This document shows, in pieces, positions 1 to 12,764 of a DNA stretch of 48,765 nt; within the stretch, counting starts at the first letter, position 1, and each line of letters begins with the position of its first letter. The notes beneath the pieces are model-generated. The model did not search any database, was not told the origin of the DNA, and saw only the letters and a program-made list of their open reading frames with translations. Origin of the DNA: Trichoplax sp. H2 (lineage: Eukaryota); contig NOWV01000321.1 in the NCBI GenBank assembly GCA_003344405.1, positions 1-48,765 on the forward strand. The letters are read 5' to 3'. Position numbers and translations under genes: made by a program.

Positions 1-509
1 ATTTCGAAATCAGATACTTCAACTTAAAACTTAGTATTTGATAAATTAAACACAGAGCAGTCATTATAAGTGTGAAATTACGGCAACAAGAGTAATTTAG
101 ATAAAAAAATGAGTTAGACAAGAATTATGGATGGTTTACGATCGTCCATTTTCAATAGCTATTTTCTACGTCGTGTTATCAAATAGAATTTTAAGTTAGC
201 ATAAGGAATTATAGTTGCTCATAAGTAAGAAAGCCGCATTTAACTTAAATTACCATAGCATTAGTTTGAATGATAGTTTAATCTCTGATAGAATATGTTA
301 ACATTCAAAATAACGAATAAAAGCAATGTCGTTTAGTCTTCGTTTTGTCAAGTTCTGGTTTTATTCAAATACAATGATACCTCTGTCTGGCTAAGCTTTG
401 ACATATTTATTATTTTACTGATAGAATGACTTGACCAAGCAAATTTAAGAATAGAAAATGTAATGTTATCATAACACTTTAACGACTGTATTTCTTACAG
501 CAGTCATCG

Positions 510-2510
510 ATGATCCAATTCTTAGCACTGCCTTTGCTACGAATTTCCTCTACTTTCGCCAGTATGAGTTAATTTTTAAGTCAATTAGAAAGTAGTCCAG
601 GCTAACTCTGTAAAATGCTAATCATGATTGTATTTAATCTATAGTTTCTGTGTTTAAATTGTATAAATTTTTAGTTATTGTTTAGTATAATGTAGTTGGC
701 AGGATAGGTTAGATTTCGATTTAATAGCCTAAATTATAAGAGATATTTGCTTATAATGAAGCCGCAATCTAATTTTTGCTCAATCTTTGAATATGCTTAG
801 AAAGGCTGTTTATTTATTATGACTTATCCATTTTCTATTTGTAGATTATAATGCAGTAATTTCTTATCTTGATAATCATTGATTATTACTTATCATAATT
901 TTCTCCGGTATTGAAGCATTTTACTCCCATAGCTTGATGGGAATTAATTAGTATACCCATTGAAAATTAAATATTCCTTACTTTACTAGGCAAGGGATTT
1001 TTAATCTTTAACTCAATCTTAATGACAAGTGAATGAATTTAAAATTTATAATAAATAATTAACGGATTTATTCTTCTCATTATCCATCTGTTCTTTTAAG
1101 CTATATTATCGTTGCTGCTATGGTGTAAAACCAATGGAGAACAAATATGCCATGATACTGTTTATATAAGTGATGAACTTGCAAGGCCAAGATATTACTA
1201 TCATGACCTTAGATTGATGATCGACTTAACTCGGCATACGCTTGATTGCATCAGTAAAATCGAAAGGAGAAATGATTTCAACCTACCACTTTGTTATGAA
1301 TTTCAAATCCCAATTAGCGAGGATAATGAGGTATGCAATATTAATACTGTATTTTTTGATACACATTAGTCAAAGTCAGTAATATTACTCCAAATGCAAA
1401 ACAGAAAAGGATTTAATTCGTTAGAACTGTGATTTCATTAACATGTTATAATACGGTAAAACCAAAAAATTAATATTATCGTGAAAATAAATCTGACCGT
1501 TTTTGAGGACTCATTTCTAAATTGTATCATTTTTCTTTTTCTCTATCCATTTTTATGCTCGAATGGCAATGATAAAACGTATTATGGATCGAACAATGTG
1601 ATATTTAGCCCTTTACCATATTAAATAATTCTCTGTATTATGCACATATTATAACAAGCGCAATGAATATCATGCTATACGATCAAGTTGAAGTAAATAT
1701 TACTGATCATATCGGCCTGCACTGCAATAGATCCTTGCAACGGCTAATTGAAGACTCGATGGGGATAATAACCAATCTTGAGGAGCGAATAGTAAGCCAG
1801 CGGGTTTAAATCTATTTCTATTTCATAAGTTTTAAGGCAGTAATCTTATTAACTTTTATTATCGATATGATAATCTATATCATAGTATGGCTAATGTATT
1901 ATCGTTACCTCTAGAATTTGGCTACATATAAAACGGACGCTATTGATCGGATAGCTTGTAATAAAGCCTGCGAGGTAACTTTTAAAATTATTCTCTCCTA
2001 TTCAGTTGGTAATTATCAAAGTAGAAGTAAAAAGGAGATAAAAATTAAGGAGTAGTGGCAAATCGGTAACTAACAATTTAATTCAAATTCCTTTTCTAGC
2101 TGGTAACATCATGTAAACATCGCCATTGCCAAAGCAATTCCACTATCAAAACTCGGTCTTGTCATATCAAATCCTGCCAAAATCGACTATGCAGACGTAA
2201 CTTTGACCCCAGACCGCATAATAAGGACTGTAAAAAACAGCAAAATAATTGCCCAGGTTTAATTTCTGATGGTATAAAGCATTGGCAAGTGGCATTTCAG
2301 TTATTTGATAAAGCGTTAAATTATATACTATCCAACATTGAGTTGCAACTATCAAGTTCAAATTTGCAAGAATCTATGTTGGACTTAAAATTATACATCA
2401 AAGCTTACAAAGAAGATATCAACATTGCACTAGGAAACGATTTAGCTGAAAAAAGAGATAGCTCTCCTTCACTTAAAGAAATAATTCAACATTACGCCTT
2501 CAAACCATAA
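510..2510 (+). CDS. Intact 5-exon secreted helical (four-helix cytokine-like) protein, 311 aa, with Cys-rich insert (family copy G1)
   Basis: Exons 510-561, 1101-1330, 1609-1791, 1915-1974, 2100-2510; all GT-AG; intron phases 1,0,0,0; no internal stops. Translation: MIQFLALPLLRISSTFATILSLLLWCKTNG (signal-like) EQICHDTVYISDELARPRYYYHDLRLMIDLTRHTLDCISKIERRNDFNLPLCYEFQIPISEDNE / PFTILNNSLYYAHIITSAMNIMLYDQVEVNITDHIGLHCNRSLQRLIEDSMGIITNLEERI / NLATYKTDAIDRIACNKACE / LVTSCKHRHC...CPGLISDGIKHWQVAFQLFDKALNYILSNIELQ...YAFKP*. The gene model is from the sequence; the fold is inferred. Confidence 0.85.
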
Positions 2511-3037
2511 ATTATAACATTATTAATGTAGAATTGCGTGATGATGCTAGTTTCTACATTAGTCCCATAAAAGTAGTTTACTAAGGATATAATAAGAATT
2601 TTCCTTACATTGGTAGTCCTATAACTTCTTATCGTCATGTTTTCGTTGTATTATAATACAACGAGCTTACTGCTCAATTTTAGTCTAAGTCTTATTTTAT
2701 TAATATTAATTAATACTATTTCAGTCAATACGTTGATAAAAATTATTAGTTATGTATCCGCTTTAAATCAAAGTATTATTTATTAGATTGAGATGATAGT
2801 TTTATGTACTAATTAACTGATAAATAGGTAAGATAAAATTAATTAATGGAAAAACAAAAATAAAAATAACTAAGGCGATATTTGTTATTTCGGTTGTATT
2901 ATTTTTCCAAAGGAAAAAAGTATCATCGTATTGCATCATGCGATTAATTAGAGATAATTTCCCCATTTCGTTACATGGCAATGTAGGAAGGCATGGGGCA
3001 TTTATAATAAATTGGGATATGTTCATCTTAGAGTCCA

Positions 3038-3588
3038 TGTTACAGTATTAAATACTGTATTACAGTAGAAATAACTATGTTAGGATAATTCTGTTAGACT
3101 ATCCTTATTTAGTTAACTTCTAATTTGGATATACTGTATTTTAATATAGCACTGACTTTTTATGACAGTGACACTTATACCCTTACTGAAATTAATAGTT
3201 ATAATAGGGAATGCAAATCATCTACTTACAGTTCCAATCATTGTGATTGTAATTTACTTATGCTAGATTGCAAATTATCATGGAAATGTTCCGTGATAGG
3301 ACATATCGTAATCTGACTATTCTGTATTAGTCATTACATGTCTATGTTCGTAAATACTGTTGTCTGCATTAAGGGAGCAGTAGCTAAAATTAATATCTAA
3401 TTCAGTAAATGATTCTAATGTTAATTGTATTAACTATGACTCATGAACTATTGAGGAGTAGTATATAAATGCAGTATATCGTGAAATAAAGAGAATTCTC
3501 CAACTTAGTGTTTATCGTAAAATACGAGGTGTTTAAGTCTTTGTGTAGTCTGCTAGTAGAGCAAAAGTGTTTGTGATAGTGCAGATAT
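3038..3588 (+). mobile_element. Solo LTR family A, 5' part (runs into the gap; 3' part is at 48393-48586)
   Basis: Starts TGTTACAG after GTCCA; TATA (tatataaa ~3462) and AATAAA (3485). Highly similar to the reverse complement of 18664-19292. Overlap with 48393-48586 reconstructs a 629-bp TG...CA element with a GTCCA target-site duplication. Confidence 0.85.
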
Positions 3589-3608
3589 NNNNNNNNNNNN
3601 NNNNNNNN

Positions 3609-4003
3609 CTGATAAATAGGTAAGATAAAATTAATTAATGGAAAAACAAAAATAAAAATAACTAAGGCGATATTTGTTATTTCGGTTGTATTATTTTTCC
3701 AAAGGAAAAAAGTATCATCGTATTGCATCATGCGATTAATTAGAGATAATTTCCCCATTTCGTTACATGGCAATGTAGGAAGGCATGGGGCATTTATAAT
3801 AAATTGGGATATGTTCATCTTAGAGTCCAATGTACAATATAATTTTCTATTTAATTCTTAAGTTATCAAAAGAGGAACATGGGGATTATTGTATTCATTA
3901 CTTTCACCTAGATCTTTATTATTGGAATATAATCTAGAGTCTTCTCAAATTTTTAGTTCGGAAATCCTAGAGTAATAATAAGAACATAAATTAACTTAAT
4001 CTC
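3609..4003. repeat. Empty-site haplotype of the family-A LTR insertion (assembly duplication)
   Basis: 3609-3829 duplicates 2817-3037. 3825-4003 matches 48587-48765 with a few SNPs. There is a single GTCCA at 3825-3829. Confidence 0.85.
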
Positions 4004-6189
4004 CTAGATCATGTGAGATCCGTTATTATACCAATTTAATAGATTATTGCATTCAGGTGTGTCTGGTGTCTACATATTTCAAGCGATATTGTTTATTGTA
4101 TAGCACTTTACTTTAGAACAGTAAAATCTGTTTTTCGGGTATTTTATCATCACTGCTCTACGGTAAAAGTGCTGATTCCATTTACTATAATACTATGCTC
4201 CGAATTAAATGATTAAAAATAAGAGTATTACACTACAACTAAGAAAATCGCCAAATTTGGCCCCTTTTGGAAGAGAGGAGTAAAATGATTGATAGTTAAT
4301 CTTCCGTACTTGCTGAATTAAATATATATGCACTTTGTTCTTCGAAAACATTATTCATCTTATACACTATAGCTTATCTTATTAGTATTCATGGCTGTAA
4401 ATTAATTAGAGCTCACATTGCTCATTTTATCGAAAACTTTGGAAGAAACTTTAATATTAATTTCTTTTGTCTGTTAGCATATTTAATAATTTCTACAATA
4501 TCTCCTTAAAGTAATAAATAATAATTTTCAAGAGCATATGGATTTATTTTGGTTGATTCATTGAAGGTCGTAGATATTGTAATAACTTCCTTCATTGTAA
4601 AAGCAATAGTGTAATAATCTTCTTAGTGGCTATTGTATTACTTACATTTTATATCAATTTTTACCACATACCTGTCAACTATTGATCTTTAAGCCTTGAT
4701 TCATGGTTATTTATTTGTATAAATAATCAACCAGAATTATAATTATTGACTTCACCAAAGAAAGGCTTAGTATTAACTTTACAACTGAAATATAAGTATC
4801 TTATTTTATAGCGTAATGTAATAAAGATCATGATAGAGCTTATTGTAAATTTGTGAAGTAATTAATCCAATAATCGCAATCCTGCTTCAATTTGAACACA
4901 AAATTAATTAATGTTGTTTTCGCACTATACCTTATGTTGTATTATGTAAAATATATTAATGAAGCCTGCCGAGTGTCTAGCCTTAAGATACACTAAGGTT
5001 GAACTAAAATATGACAATTTAGCAACACAGAATCACGTACTACCAAACAAAAAAAATTGATTAATATTCTGTATTAATTACTAGAATCATCAGATTAATC
5101 ATTTCTATATGATGCTTATTATCAAATCTTAATGATGTTATATTCTTACTGCATTTTAAAGCCAATAATGGTATTTATTTGATTGATAAGAGCTGAATCT
5201 TTAATAACGTTAATGCGTTTTATGTTACATATAATTACATCCTATAATAACTATTGATTATTGTTAACTCTTATGAATTCAAGTTCGAACATTTTGTAGG
5301 ATTCTATAATTTATCACCGTTCAAAGTGAGGTCTGTCTTCTATTAAAGAGAAAGTAGGAATTGTAGCTGTTTCTATTAGATTTAAACATCTTAACACTTT
5401 AACATTGATAACTGGTACTTTAATAAAATCAATCAAAAGAAGAAATTGTTTGCATTTATTTATTGCTTTCTATTTCGGGTTGTAGTCTCTTTTTTTATTA
5501 CTTTTACTTATGCCACATGTAAACAATTAAACTAGGCAGATAGTGAAACGTAATTTACTGATTTCTACTCTTGTCTGTATTAAGCTGCAATAATACTGCT
5601 GATTCAGTCCTGTCTTTTACTGTGTTTACACGATTTAAGCTCTGAGACGGAATCATTCTTATGCCTTTGTTTCACGTTTCTTAGTAAAAAATATTTATTT
5701 ATTGACAGTCGATAACAAATTCATAAATGATGCTTACGAGTTCTGTATGGCCTAAAATATTTTATGGTAACTCAGTAACGACACCCAAATTATTATTGCT
5801 TGATTAATAATAACTAGCCGAACTTGCGGGAATTCTATAGTATACTTTAATAGCTCGACATACGTACAACTGCATCAATATGAAATGATAATTATTAAAA
5901 TTTGATAAATACGCTAAAATATTGCCGATATAATTTTTACTGTACTAAAATGCATAGAAAATTGTGTAACTGAGCTAACTAAATATCTGAAAAGCGCAAG
6001 ACTCGAATGTCTGAAGAAAGCAATGCACTAATATTGATTATGTATATTAGTAAAGTACCCGTATTAGAAGATATGAAATATTCATACTCATATACTCATC
6101 ATCTAATACGGGCTGCTTGAAAGATCTTGCTGCGAAGTCATTATTTAATACAAATTCCAGAAATAAATTGTATCTTTAAGATACACATA

Positions 6190-6494
6190 TGTAATAATTT
6201 AGCTTAATTTTGCTAAGATACACTAAGGTTGGTGACACTTTGAACCAAGATAGAGATTAGGGGAACAACACCAGTTTATTTAATATATTTTACTTTATAA
6301 ATTAAAAAGCCGTTTAAGTGAGTCTTGCAATAGGTATAACATTATACTGTCTGACACAATCCTTCCACTATCATCTACACTAACTCGGATATTACTTGCA
6401 AGTCCTACGCTAAAATCTTAAATCATCTTACAATACATTACTAAACAAAGAAATATTCTATGAAGGAGAATACTAAATATTAGCCTTCATTACA
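6190..6494 (-). mobile_element. Short solo LTR family B (305 bp), 4-bp TSD CATA, polymorphic
   Basis: Termini TGTAAT...ATTACA; CATA at 6186-6189 and 6495-6498; AATAAA on the minus strand (~6276). The duplicated sequence after the gap (6660-6929) has the empty site tacacata|gtacag. Confidence 0.8.
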
Positions 6495-6659
6495 CATAGT
6501 ACAGAAAATTGAGTCTAAAATTTCTAGAATACCTGTAAAATGACGCGAAGAAATAGTTTTCTTTATTGTATGTATCATTATGAGAATAGAAAATTACATT
6601 TTACACTAATATTTGACGTATTCTTATATCTGCGAAGTANNNNNNNNNNNNNNNNNNNN

Positions 6660-6929
6660 GTATTAGAAGATATGAAATATTCATACTCATATATTCATCA
6701 TCTAATACGGGCTGCTTGAAAGATCTTGCTGCCAAGTCATTGTTTAATACAAATTCCAGAAATAAATTGTATCTTTAAGATACACATAGTACAGAAAATT
6801 GAGTCTAAAATTTCTAGAATACCTGTAAAATGACGCGAAGAAATAGTTTTCTTTATTGTATGTATCATTAAGAGAATAGGAAATTACATTTTACGCTAAT
6901 ATTTGACGTATTCTTATATCTGCGAAGTA
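6660..6929. repeat. Empty-site haplotype duplicate of 6060-6189 plus 6499-6639
   Basis: Near-identical, with a few SNPs, to the flanks of the 6190-6494 element; directly follows the 20-N gap at 6640-6659. Confidence 0.85.
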
Positions 6930-7505
6930 CCATAATCGTTTCAAGCCCACCTTTAACAGTTCTTAGACTGTAAATTGTAATTTTAAGAAAAGCTTATCAA
7001 ATTTTCAGATATGTTAGCATTCAATTCATCTTTGTTATTTCAACTGCAATAATCTAGAAAATTATTATTTAAATAAGGTTAACAACATCGATTAGCACAA
7101 TATTTTATATTACAAATCCACAGTATGTCTGCATCTACACTAAACAATTACATAGGGTTGCCTAGCCAAAAAACGATCTCACTCAAGGAATGGGTACCAA
7201 CTAGTTGAGATATGAAAAACTATGCTTTAAACTACCCAATCCTTCTTCTTCTTCTATACAATAGGTATAGTTTAAGAACCCTAAATTTAAGAGCCTTTAA
7301 TTTTGCTCCGTTCTGAATATCGATTTAATGAGTACATGAATTTATATAGAATTATAGATATTTTGGTGTTAAATATCCAGTTTCCTTATAATATTAAAAT
7401 AACGCTGTATCCCTTTTAGAAGACTGGTCTAGCTATGTTTTAGAATTATGGTAAGAATTAGTATGACAAATATATGGCGAACATAAAATTATTATGATTG
7501 TACAG

Positions 7506-8045
7506 TCGTGATTATTGATAAATAGAGCCAGAATCTACGAATGGAATGATCGCTTAATCTAATTTGTATTGCCGTAATTTTAAACTATTATCAACCCAAT
7601 TTCTCATCAAAGTGCGGCTTGTAAGTTACCCTACAATTACAGGTCGAGCTGAATATTATTAACTGTAAAGCTAGTAAAATAGGCAAGAAGTTCTACTATA
7701 ATTGTATCTACCATTCCAACTTAGTACGGTAACCTGTGCCATTTGAACGTTTTAAAGTAAAATTAATGCAGTGAGCGTGGCTAGCTGAGATTATCATTAC
7801 CGGCGATAATGATGGCATCTAGTCATATTTTAGGCACTCTAATTTTGATATCACTTTTATTTTCAGCATTCATTGAGATTATTGAGCATGTTATCCATTA
7901 TGTATCATTTAGATTAAATAAGATACAGGATCAAGGCTTCATTACTGAAAGCGAAGCTGTTATATTATAATAGTCAAGATTGATCTAAGATTGCGGTTAA
8001 ATATTAAAGTTTTATCACCATAAACCTTCTTAATTAGTTACGTAA
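7506..8045 (+). pseudogene. Degenerate family paralog (helix-A and B/C exon relics)
   Basis: After acceptor tttcag at 7866: FIEIIEHVIHYVSFRLNKIQDQ...RLI*DCG*ILKF, resembling PFSILHTLMYQV (G2), RLIEDSMGII (G1) and KVIENTGQLINF (G3). Upstream relic ASKIGKKFYYNC. Confidence 0.4.
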
Positions 8046-8455
8046 CAGTTATACTTAACATCATCGCATTTTTAGCTTATGAAGTAAAGAAAACAATACC
8101 TTATTGCTAGACTATAATACTTTACAAATAAGCTTGTGCTAGAAATTAATATAACCAATTTTTCCATTAGTTTGATGCTTGAGCACAACTAATAATTTAT
8201 GTGCACTTACGTGTTCATTTATATATATATGTACTTATATTTATTTTACGAGATATGTGCATATCCTTTATATATAACTTTTATATATTGGCCAGAATTA
8301 ATATAATATTAGGCTGAAAGATAGATAGAGATAACCTTGCATATAATTTAGAATAATATTAATTTAGTTATTAGATTAGAATTACATTAACTCCGTTCGT
8401 TTATAACTTCAGCTCATTAACTTCAGACGGTCTAGTTAGTAACTATGATAATCGA

Positions 8456-9150
8456 CTAATCTCGTAATTCTTTATTCTCAAATGTGTCTTTCATATCGTC
8501 GATGAATCTGGTAAAGGTGGTATAGGCTGAATAATATCTTAAACTTCTAAACAGCAATTCAATGTTGACATCAAAGCTGGCCAATAAGCTTAACCTTCTA
8601 TTTATAGCATCTTGCTGTACTGCACTTCCTTTCATTTGACATTCATCGATAATCTATTGAAAATAAGTTATAATATAAGTTATGTAGGAATTAAATTCGC
8701 TTTTGTTATTCGCTATGGTTATGTATTTAATTTAAAATTACTTGATAAAGTGAATAATAACAGAAGACTGATCAGTATAGAAATATTGCTAAATTTATTC
8801 AAAGAAACTCTTTCCATTTTCCAGATAATCACGAGAATCAGTTTCAACCCGTAGTAGTTTACTTTCATAGATTTAGCTAATTATAGTATTTCTACCCTGA
8901 TTTTAAGCCAAAATCCGCTATGTTTAGTTATAATTGGATATCAACAAGGTAAATTTTACATTCAAATATTTGGATTAGTTACTAATACTGGCTGTTTGTA
9001 TGAAATTGTGTAGTACCTTACTTTCATTACTAGGTTAGTGATAACATGGCTCTAGCGTATGAAATGTATGAATCGGACTTTTAAAACTTTGTGCAATTCT
9101 AACGGTCAAAGTCTATCGGTCCATCATCAGAATTTAATGTATCATTTAAT
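8456..9150 (-). pseudogene. Family paralog with an intact terminal exon (8653-8456) and decayed upstream exons
   Basis: Acceptor ttttcaatag then 65 open codons IIDECQMKGSAVQQDAINRRLSLLASFDVNIELLFRSLRYYSAYTTFTRFIDDMKDTFENKELRD*. Upstream relic LEPCYH*PSNE|gtaagg (~9022) resembles G1 LPLCYEFQIPISEDNE. A further signal-like relic lies near 9720. I could not build an open upstream path. Confidence 0.55.
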
Positions 9151-10951
9151 AAAATAAGTATTTAAATACATTCATCAATACTAAATTATGGTTCCTGTGT
9201 ATTAACCAATTTTAAATGTAAAAGAATTAATTTTATAAGGTGTATCTTCTTTTCACATATGGTAATATACTTACCTTTTTATAATTATTGTTATAAAATA
9301 TATCAAACGTTGAAATTCTATGGAAGTTTGTGAGGTTGACCTGATTGATATTAATAATGATTAATTAGAATGATTAATACAATAAACATTGAGCACTATT
9401 TTCAGAATAAAAAAAATTAATAGCTTCAATTACCTTGTGGGATTCCTAGCCTAAGTAATATTACTGTATTGCTAAGCTTTATAAAACAAGTACTGATGTA
9501 GTAAGACTAAATTTTAAAATTTATTTAAAGGTTGAGAATATTTTGGCTTGTACGATTAACAGAAGTTATTAGAAGTAATTTAATGTAGTTAGTATAGGTT
9601 TACTCTGCCCAAAAGTCAGATTTGATATTAGTCAATAGTAACGAAGACATCATCATGCAACAATACTACCATGATAGGAGGCATTTGTAGCAGATTATAA
9701 TTAGCAAGAACCTACTAGACATTTTAGACAGAAGTTCTAACTATAAATGTAAGATAATGCACATATGCATGTAAAGCATACGATTATTGATTAATTAACT
9801 AACGACAAATACTAATATACTGCTTGATTATATTCTGATAAACATATAAAATTAATTTCACTACTTCATGAGCGAAAATAACTATTGATTTTGTCGAAGT
9901 TTAATTATTTTGCTGTTCTGATTTTAAATTAATGCAGTAAAATTTATTTCAGCACGTATGACTTGAAGAAGTAAAGGATAATTTAATAAGTGTGATCTTC
10001 GTATAGAGATTATTAGCTTTATTTATTATAATACTTGTATAGCGGCGGGAGATTAACATTATATTAAGGTATTAATTCTAATTCGATTGATTTGAATAGC
10101 AACATTAATTGGATAATTTAATAAAAGAAAATTGACGATTACTAAATACATTTTTTAAGCAATTGTAAAGACGTACTTTAATCCGTCATAAATTTTGTTT
10201 GTTGTATTGTATGTATTGCGTAGTTTATAATTGCGTTTCTTTCTATCTAGACGTTGATGTAAATTAATATTGAACCGAAAATTCATAAAGAGAAATTAAT
10301 TTACTTCATGCTATTTCCATATTCGGTTCTTCCTAATTAAGCTATTTATATACCCTCATTTGGCATAACAGTGAATTGACTACCACTAATTCGTTTAACT
10401 ATGTTATTGCATGTAATTTCTTCTATTTGAAATATCAACTTCAAATAAAGAGCTACATGTATACTAGATATATCAGCAGGATAAGAAATTACACCAACCT
10501 ACAATGCAGTTCTTTTACGTCAATTACGTAAGAACTTAGACAAAGAAATCCTTGATTTCTTCCATTCTGTAGTAAAATCATTATACTATTACTATAATTG
10601 CAATCTATAACTTAAACAGACTCAGACTTTCTTTCTGTAGAAATTTTATGTACGGCATTTTTTCTAACGGTTGAATAATGGTTTGATGAAAAGTACGGTG
10701 ATTGTTTAAATTAAAATATCGTGATGAAATATAATAAATATTTAAAAACTGGTAATAGGAGACATAAGGTAAAGGATTTTGAAGTCTCAGTGGCCGTACT
10801 TGAAATATTAAAATAAATTAACTAATTATAACGACCCAAATTAAATCACAATAGTATTTTCTAGTCTATTCAATAAATAATATTTAAGCATAGCGGATGC
10901 CATTATTAAAGCTAGTTTTGTATGAACTGTATATAATTTGATAATGCAAAT

Positions 10952-12710
10952 TCATCTAACATATGATAATGAAACAGTACCGTTTCTAGAACCTAATATA
11001 ATAGTTTCTATTACATCAGTAGACGAATATACCTTAGAAATAACTTCCAGGCCTAACTGTAATACATTATTGTGGTCATATATCATTAATTAAGGGTAAC
11101 TCCACAATGTATGGTTATAAATATTAATTGATCCGTTAATTAGCTGTGCAGAGTGAAAATTCGTTATCTTTCTTGGCTATTTTTAAGTCAATATTTTATC
11201 ATGCCCAATAGATGATCATTTAATAATAAAGGTGATGATGAGGCGATTGGTATTTATTATAATTATAAATCAACTTACAAAGTCTGCTATATTCAGTATG
11301 GCATTAATGATATGATCGCGTGTGTCGTTTGATAGATGACAGTTTCTGTTTTGAATTTCATAATATCCCCTTAGTTCGTCTATACCTTGATTCAAGGCTT
11401 GTACTTGATACATTAACGTGTGTAGTATGCTGAACGGCTAAAAATAAGGCATCAAGTATAGAGATATTATTTAATAAATTGAGAATAATCAATTTTATTT
11501 AAATCAATTATAATTATCATTCCTACAATTAAGATATAATCTTTAAATAGATTCATTTAAACTAACGTATCATAAAGTCATTTTAAATTTTAGGTAGGTA
11601 ATAAAAAGAAAGCAATAACTAAATATGTCAACTTTAGATGTTAAAACTTATGAATCACAAACTAATTTCGGTGATATTCTTGGCAAATAGATGATTGCGT
11701 AAGAAACATTCATCGGTACTGCAATTAAATATTTACTTTTAATTGATTGCTTATTTACCTCGTCCTTAAGGGCAATATCTACATAAAGCAAGCTGCAAAT
11801 CTGATTATTGCTAGCTAATAATTCATTGGCGTCATAAGCTTTCAGGCAAGTTGCATATTGCTTAATATCTTTTGATGATGCCTCCAATAAGCGTCCAATA
11901 TCTACTAAATACCTCGATAAGGCTTCATCAGACGTAAAATGGAACGATGATAGACTCATAGCTATTGATGTAAGTGCTGAAATAATTGTTTGTAATCTTT
12001 TAGTACTCAATATAAAAGAAGTCTCGAATCAGATAACATTATCCGAGCATCACCATCGTTATTGGTGCGATCGATATGGTGATACGAGATTAATAAATCT
12101 CTAATTATATCCTAATTATTGAATAGTACTTCGGAAACTTATCCTGAATTCATTATTGATAGAATATAGCTAGAATATTATCAAAGTAATGGTAGAATTG
12201 ATCTTCTTTGAAATAATACATAGCTAACAGATGCCAATAATGAAATTCTCATAGATTAACAATGACTTCATTGCATTGAATATGTCGATTTTAATGACCA
12301 TAAAATAGCTTGTAATCGTTCAAGCTTAGTCAGGCGTATTATAGCTACAATATTAAGTTAGAATGTTACTTTTGATTGATAGTATTATTAAGTTGATCAA
12401 ATGAGATTTTTAATTGTACTTTCTAAAATTTAGAAGAATGTAATGTAAATACTGTTAAATACCAATAATACTTAATAAAATAATTTTTACAATTCATAAA
12501 TTTACTACCTAAAAACTTCCTTCAGAATAAAATTAAAAAATAAAGATATCGATATATTATTTTAGTTGCAGATAGATCGATAGATAGACAGATAGGTAAA
12601 ACATTTATCTAAATTCGTAATTAGTAAAAAAATTATTACAGATTATTTTCATTATCGTTCTTACTTAAGTAAATGATGGCTTGGTACTTGATATATTTCA
12701 TATTGCTCAT
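10952..12710 (-). CDS. Near-intact 4-exon family gene G2 with one in-frame TAA (11092-11090) in the last exon
   Basis: Exons 12710-12665 (A|gtaag, phase 1), 11976-11759, 11437-11279, 11143(or 11176)-10952. Translation: MSNMKYIKYQAIIYLTLTSIAMSLSSFHFTSDEALSRYLVDIGRLLEASSKDIKQYATCLKAYDANELLASNNQICSLLYVDIALKDE / PFSILHTLMYQVQALNQGIDELRGYYEIQNRNCHLSNDTRDHIINAILNIADF / LINGSINIYNHTLWSYP*LMIYDHNNVLQLGLEVISKVYSS...VR*. The exon 1 choice is the least certain part. Confidence 0.7.
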
Positions 12711-12757
12711 TGATCACTAGTTAAATTGAAATCTTCGTTAATTGAAATTTCGGTCGT

Positions 12758-12764
12758 ATTTATA
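12758..12764 (-). promoter_or_regulatory. Candidate TATA box for G2
   Basis: TATAAAT on the minus strand ~50 nt upstream of the proposed ATG at 12710. The AT-rich background makes this weak on its own. Confidence 0.35.

Larger units (their letters stand above)
2802..4640 (-). pseudogene. Degenerate family paralog; terminal exon carries a polymorphic solo LTR
   Basis: The empty allele reads ...PLLIT*ELNRKLYCTLDSKMNISQFIINAPCLPTLPCNEMGKLSLINRMMQYDDTFFLWKNNTTEITNIAL...*; MMQYD matches the family terminal-helix motif. An upstream relic near 4430-4620 reads YALENYYLLL*GDIVEIIKYANRQ. Several in-frame stops; the 5' boundary is approximate. Confidence 0.5.
5585..6973 (+). pseudogene. Degenerate family paralog
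   Basis: Phase-1 acceptor taag|CT followed by AIILLIQSCLLLCL (signal-like). The terminal relic FLYCMYHYENRKLHFTLIFDVFLYLRSTII aligns to G4 WYYNLVDYDSNLNAIFITLLLLRESVV. Multiple stops; a solo LTR interrupts one allele. Confidence 0.55.

Noticed and set aside
3125..3316. Near-identical 63-aa ORFs at 3125-3316 and 19014-19205 as a duplicated small gene
   Set aside because: Both lie inside copies of the family-A solo LTR and start at TTG; the similarity simply reflects the repeat.
2802..3830. Duplicated MDSKMNISQF ORFs as a tandem gene pair
   Set aside because: They are two haplotypes of one pseudogene exon either side of an N-gap; the longer ORF reads through Ns.
4984..5001. 18-bp match TAAGATACACTAAGGTTG to the family-B LTR (6214-6231)
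   Set aside because: Possibly an LTR remnant, but there is no extended homology or TSD to define an element.
9022..11057. A chain of micro-exons (LGLEVISK, NGRNQGFLCLSSY, VNLTNFHRISTFDIFYNNNYKK, SHVITNLVMK) linking G2 to the 8653 exon
   Set aside because: LGLEVISK and SHVITNLVMK are better explained as parts of larger family exons, and such short AG..GT windows are common by chance in AT-rich DNA.
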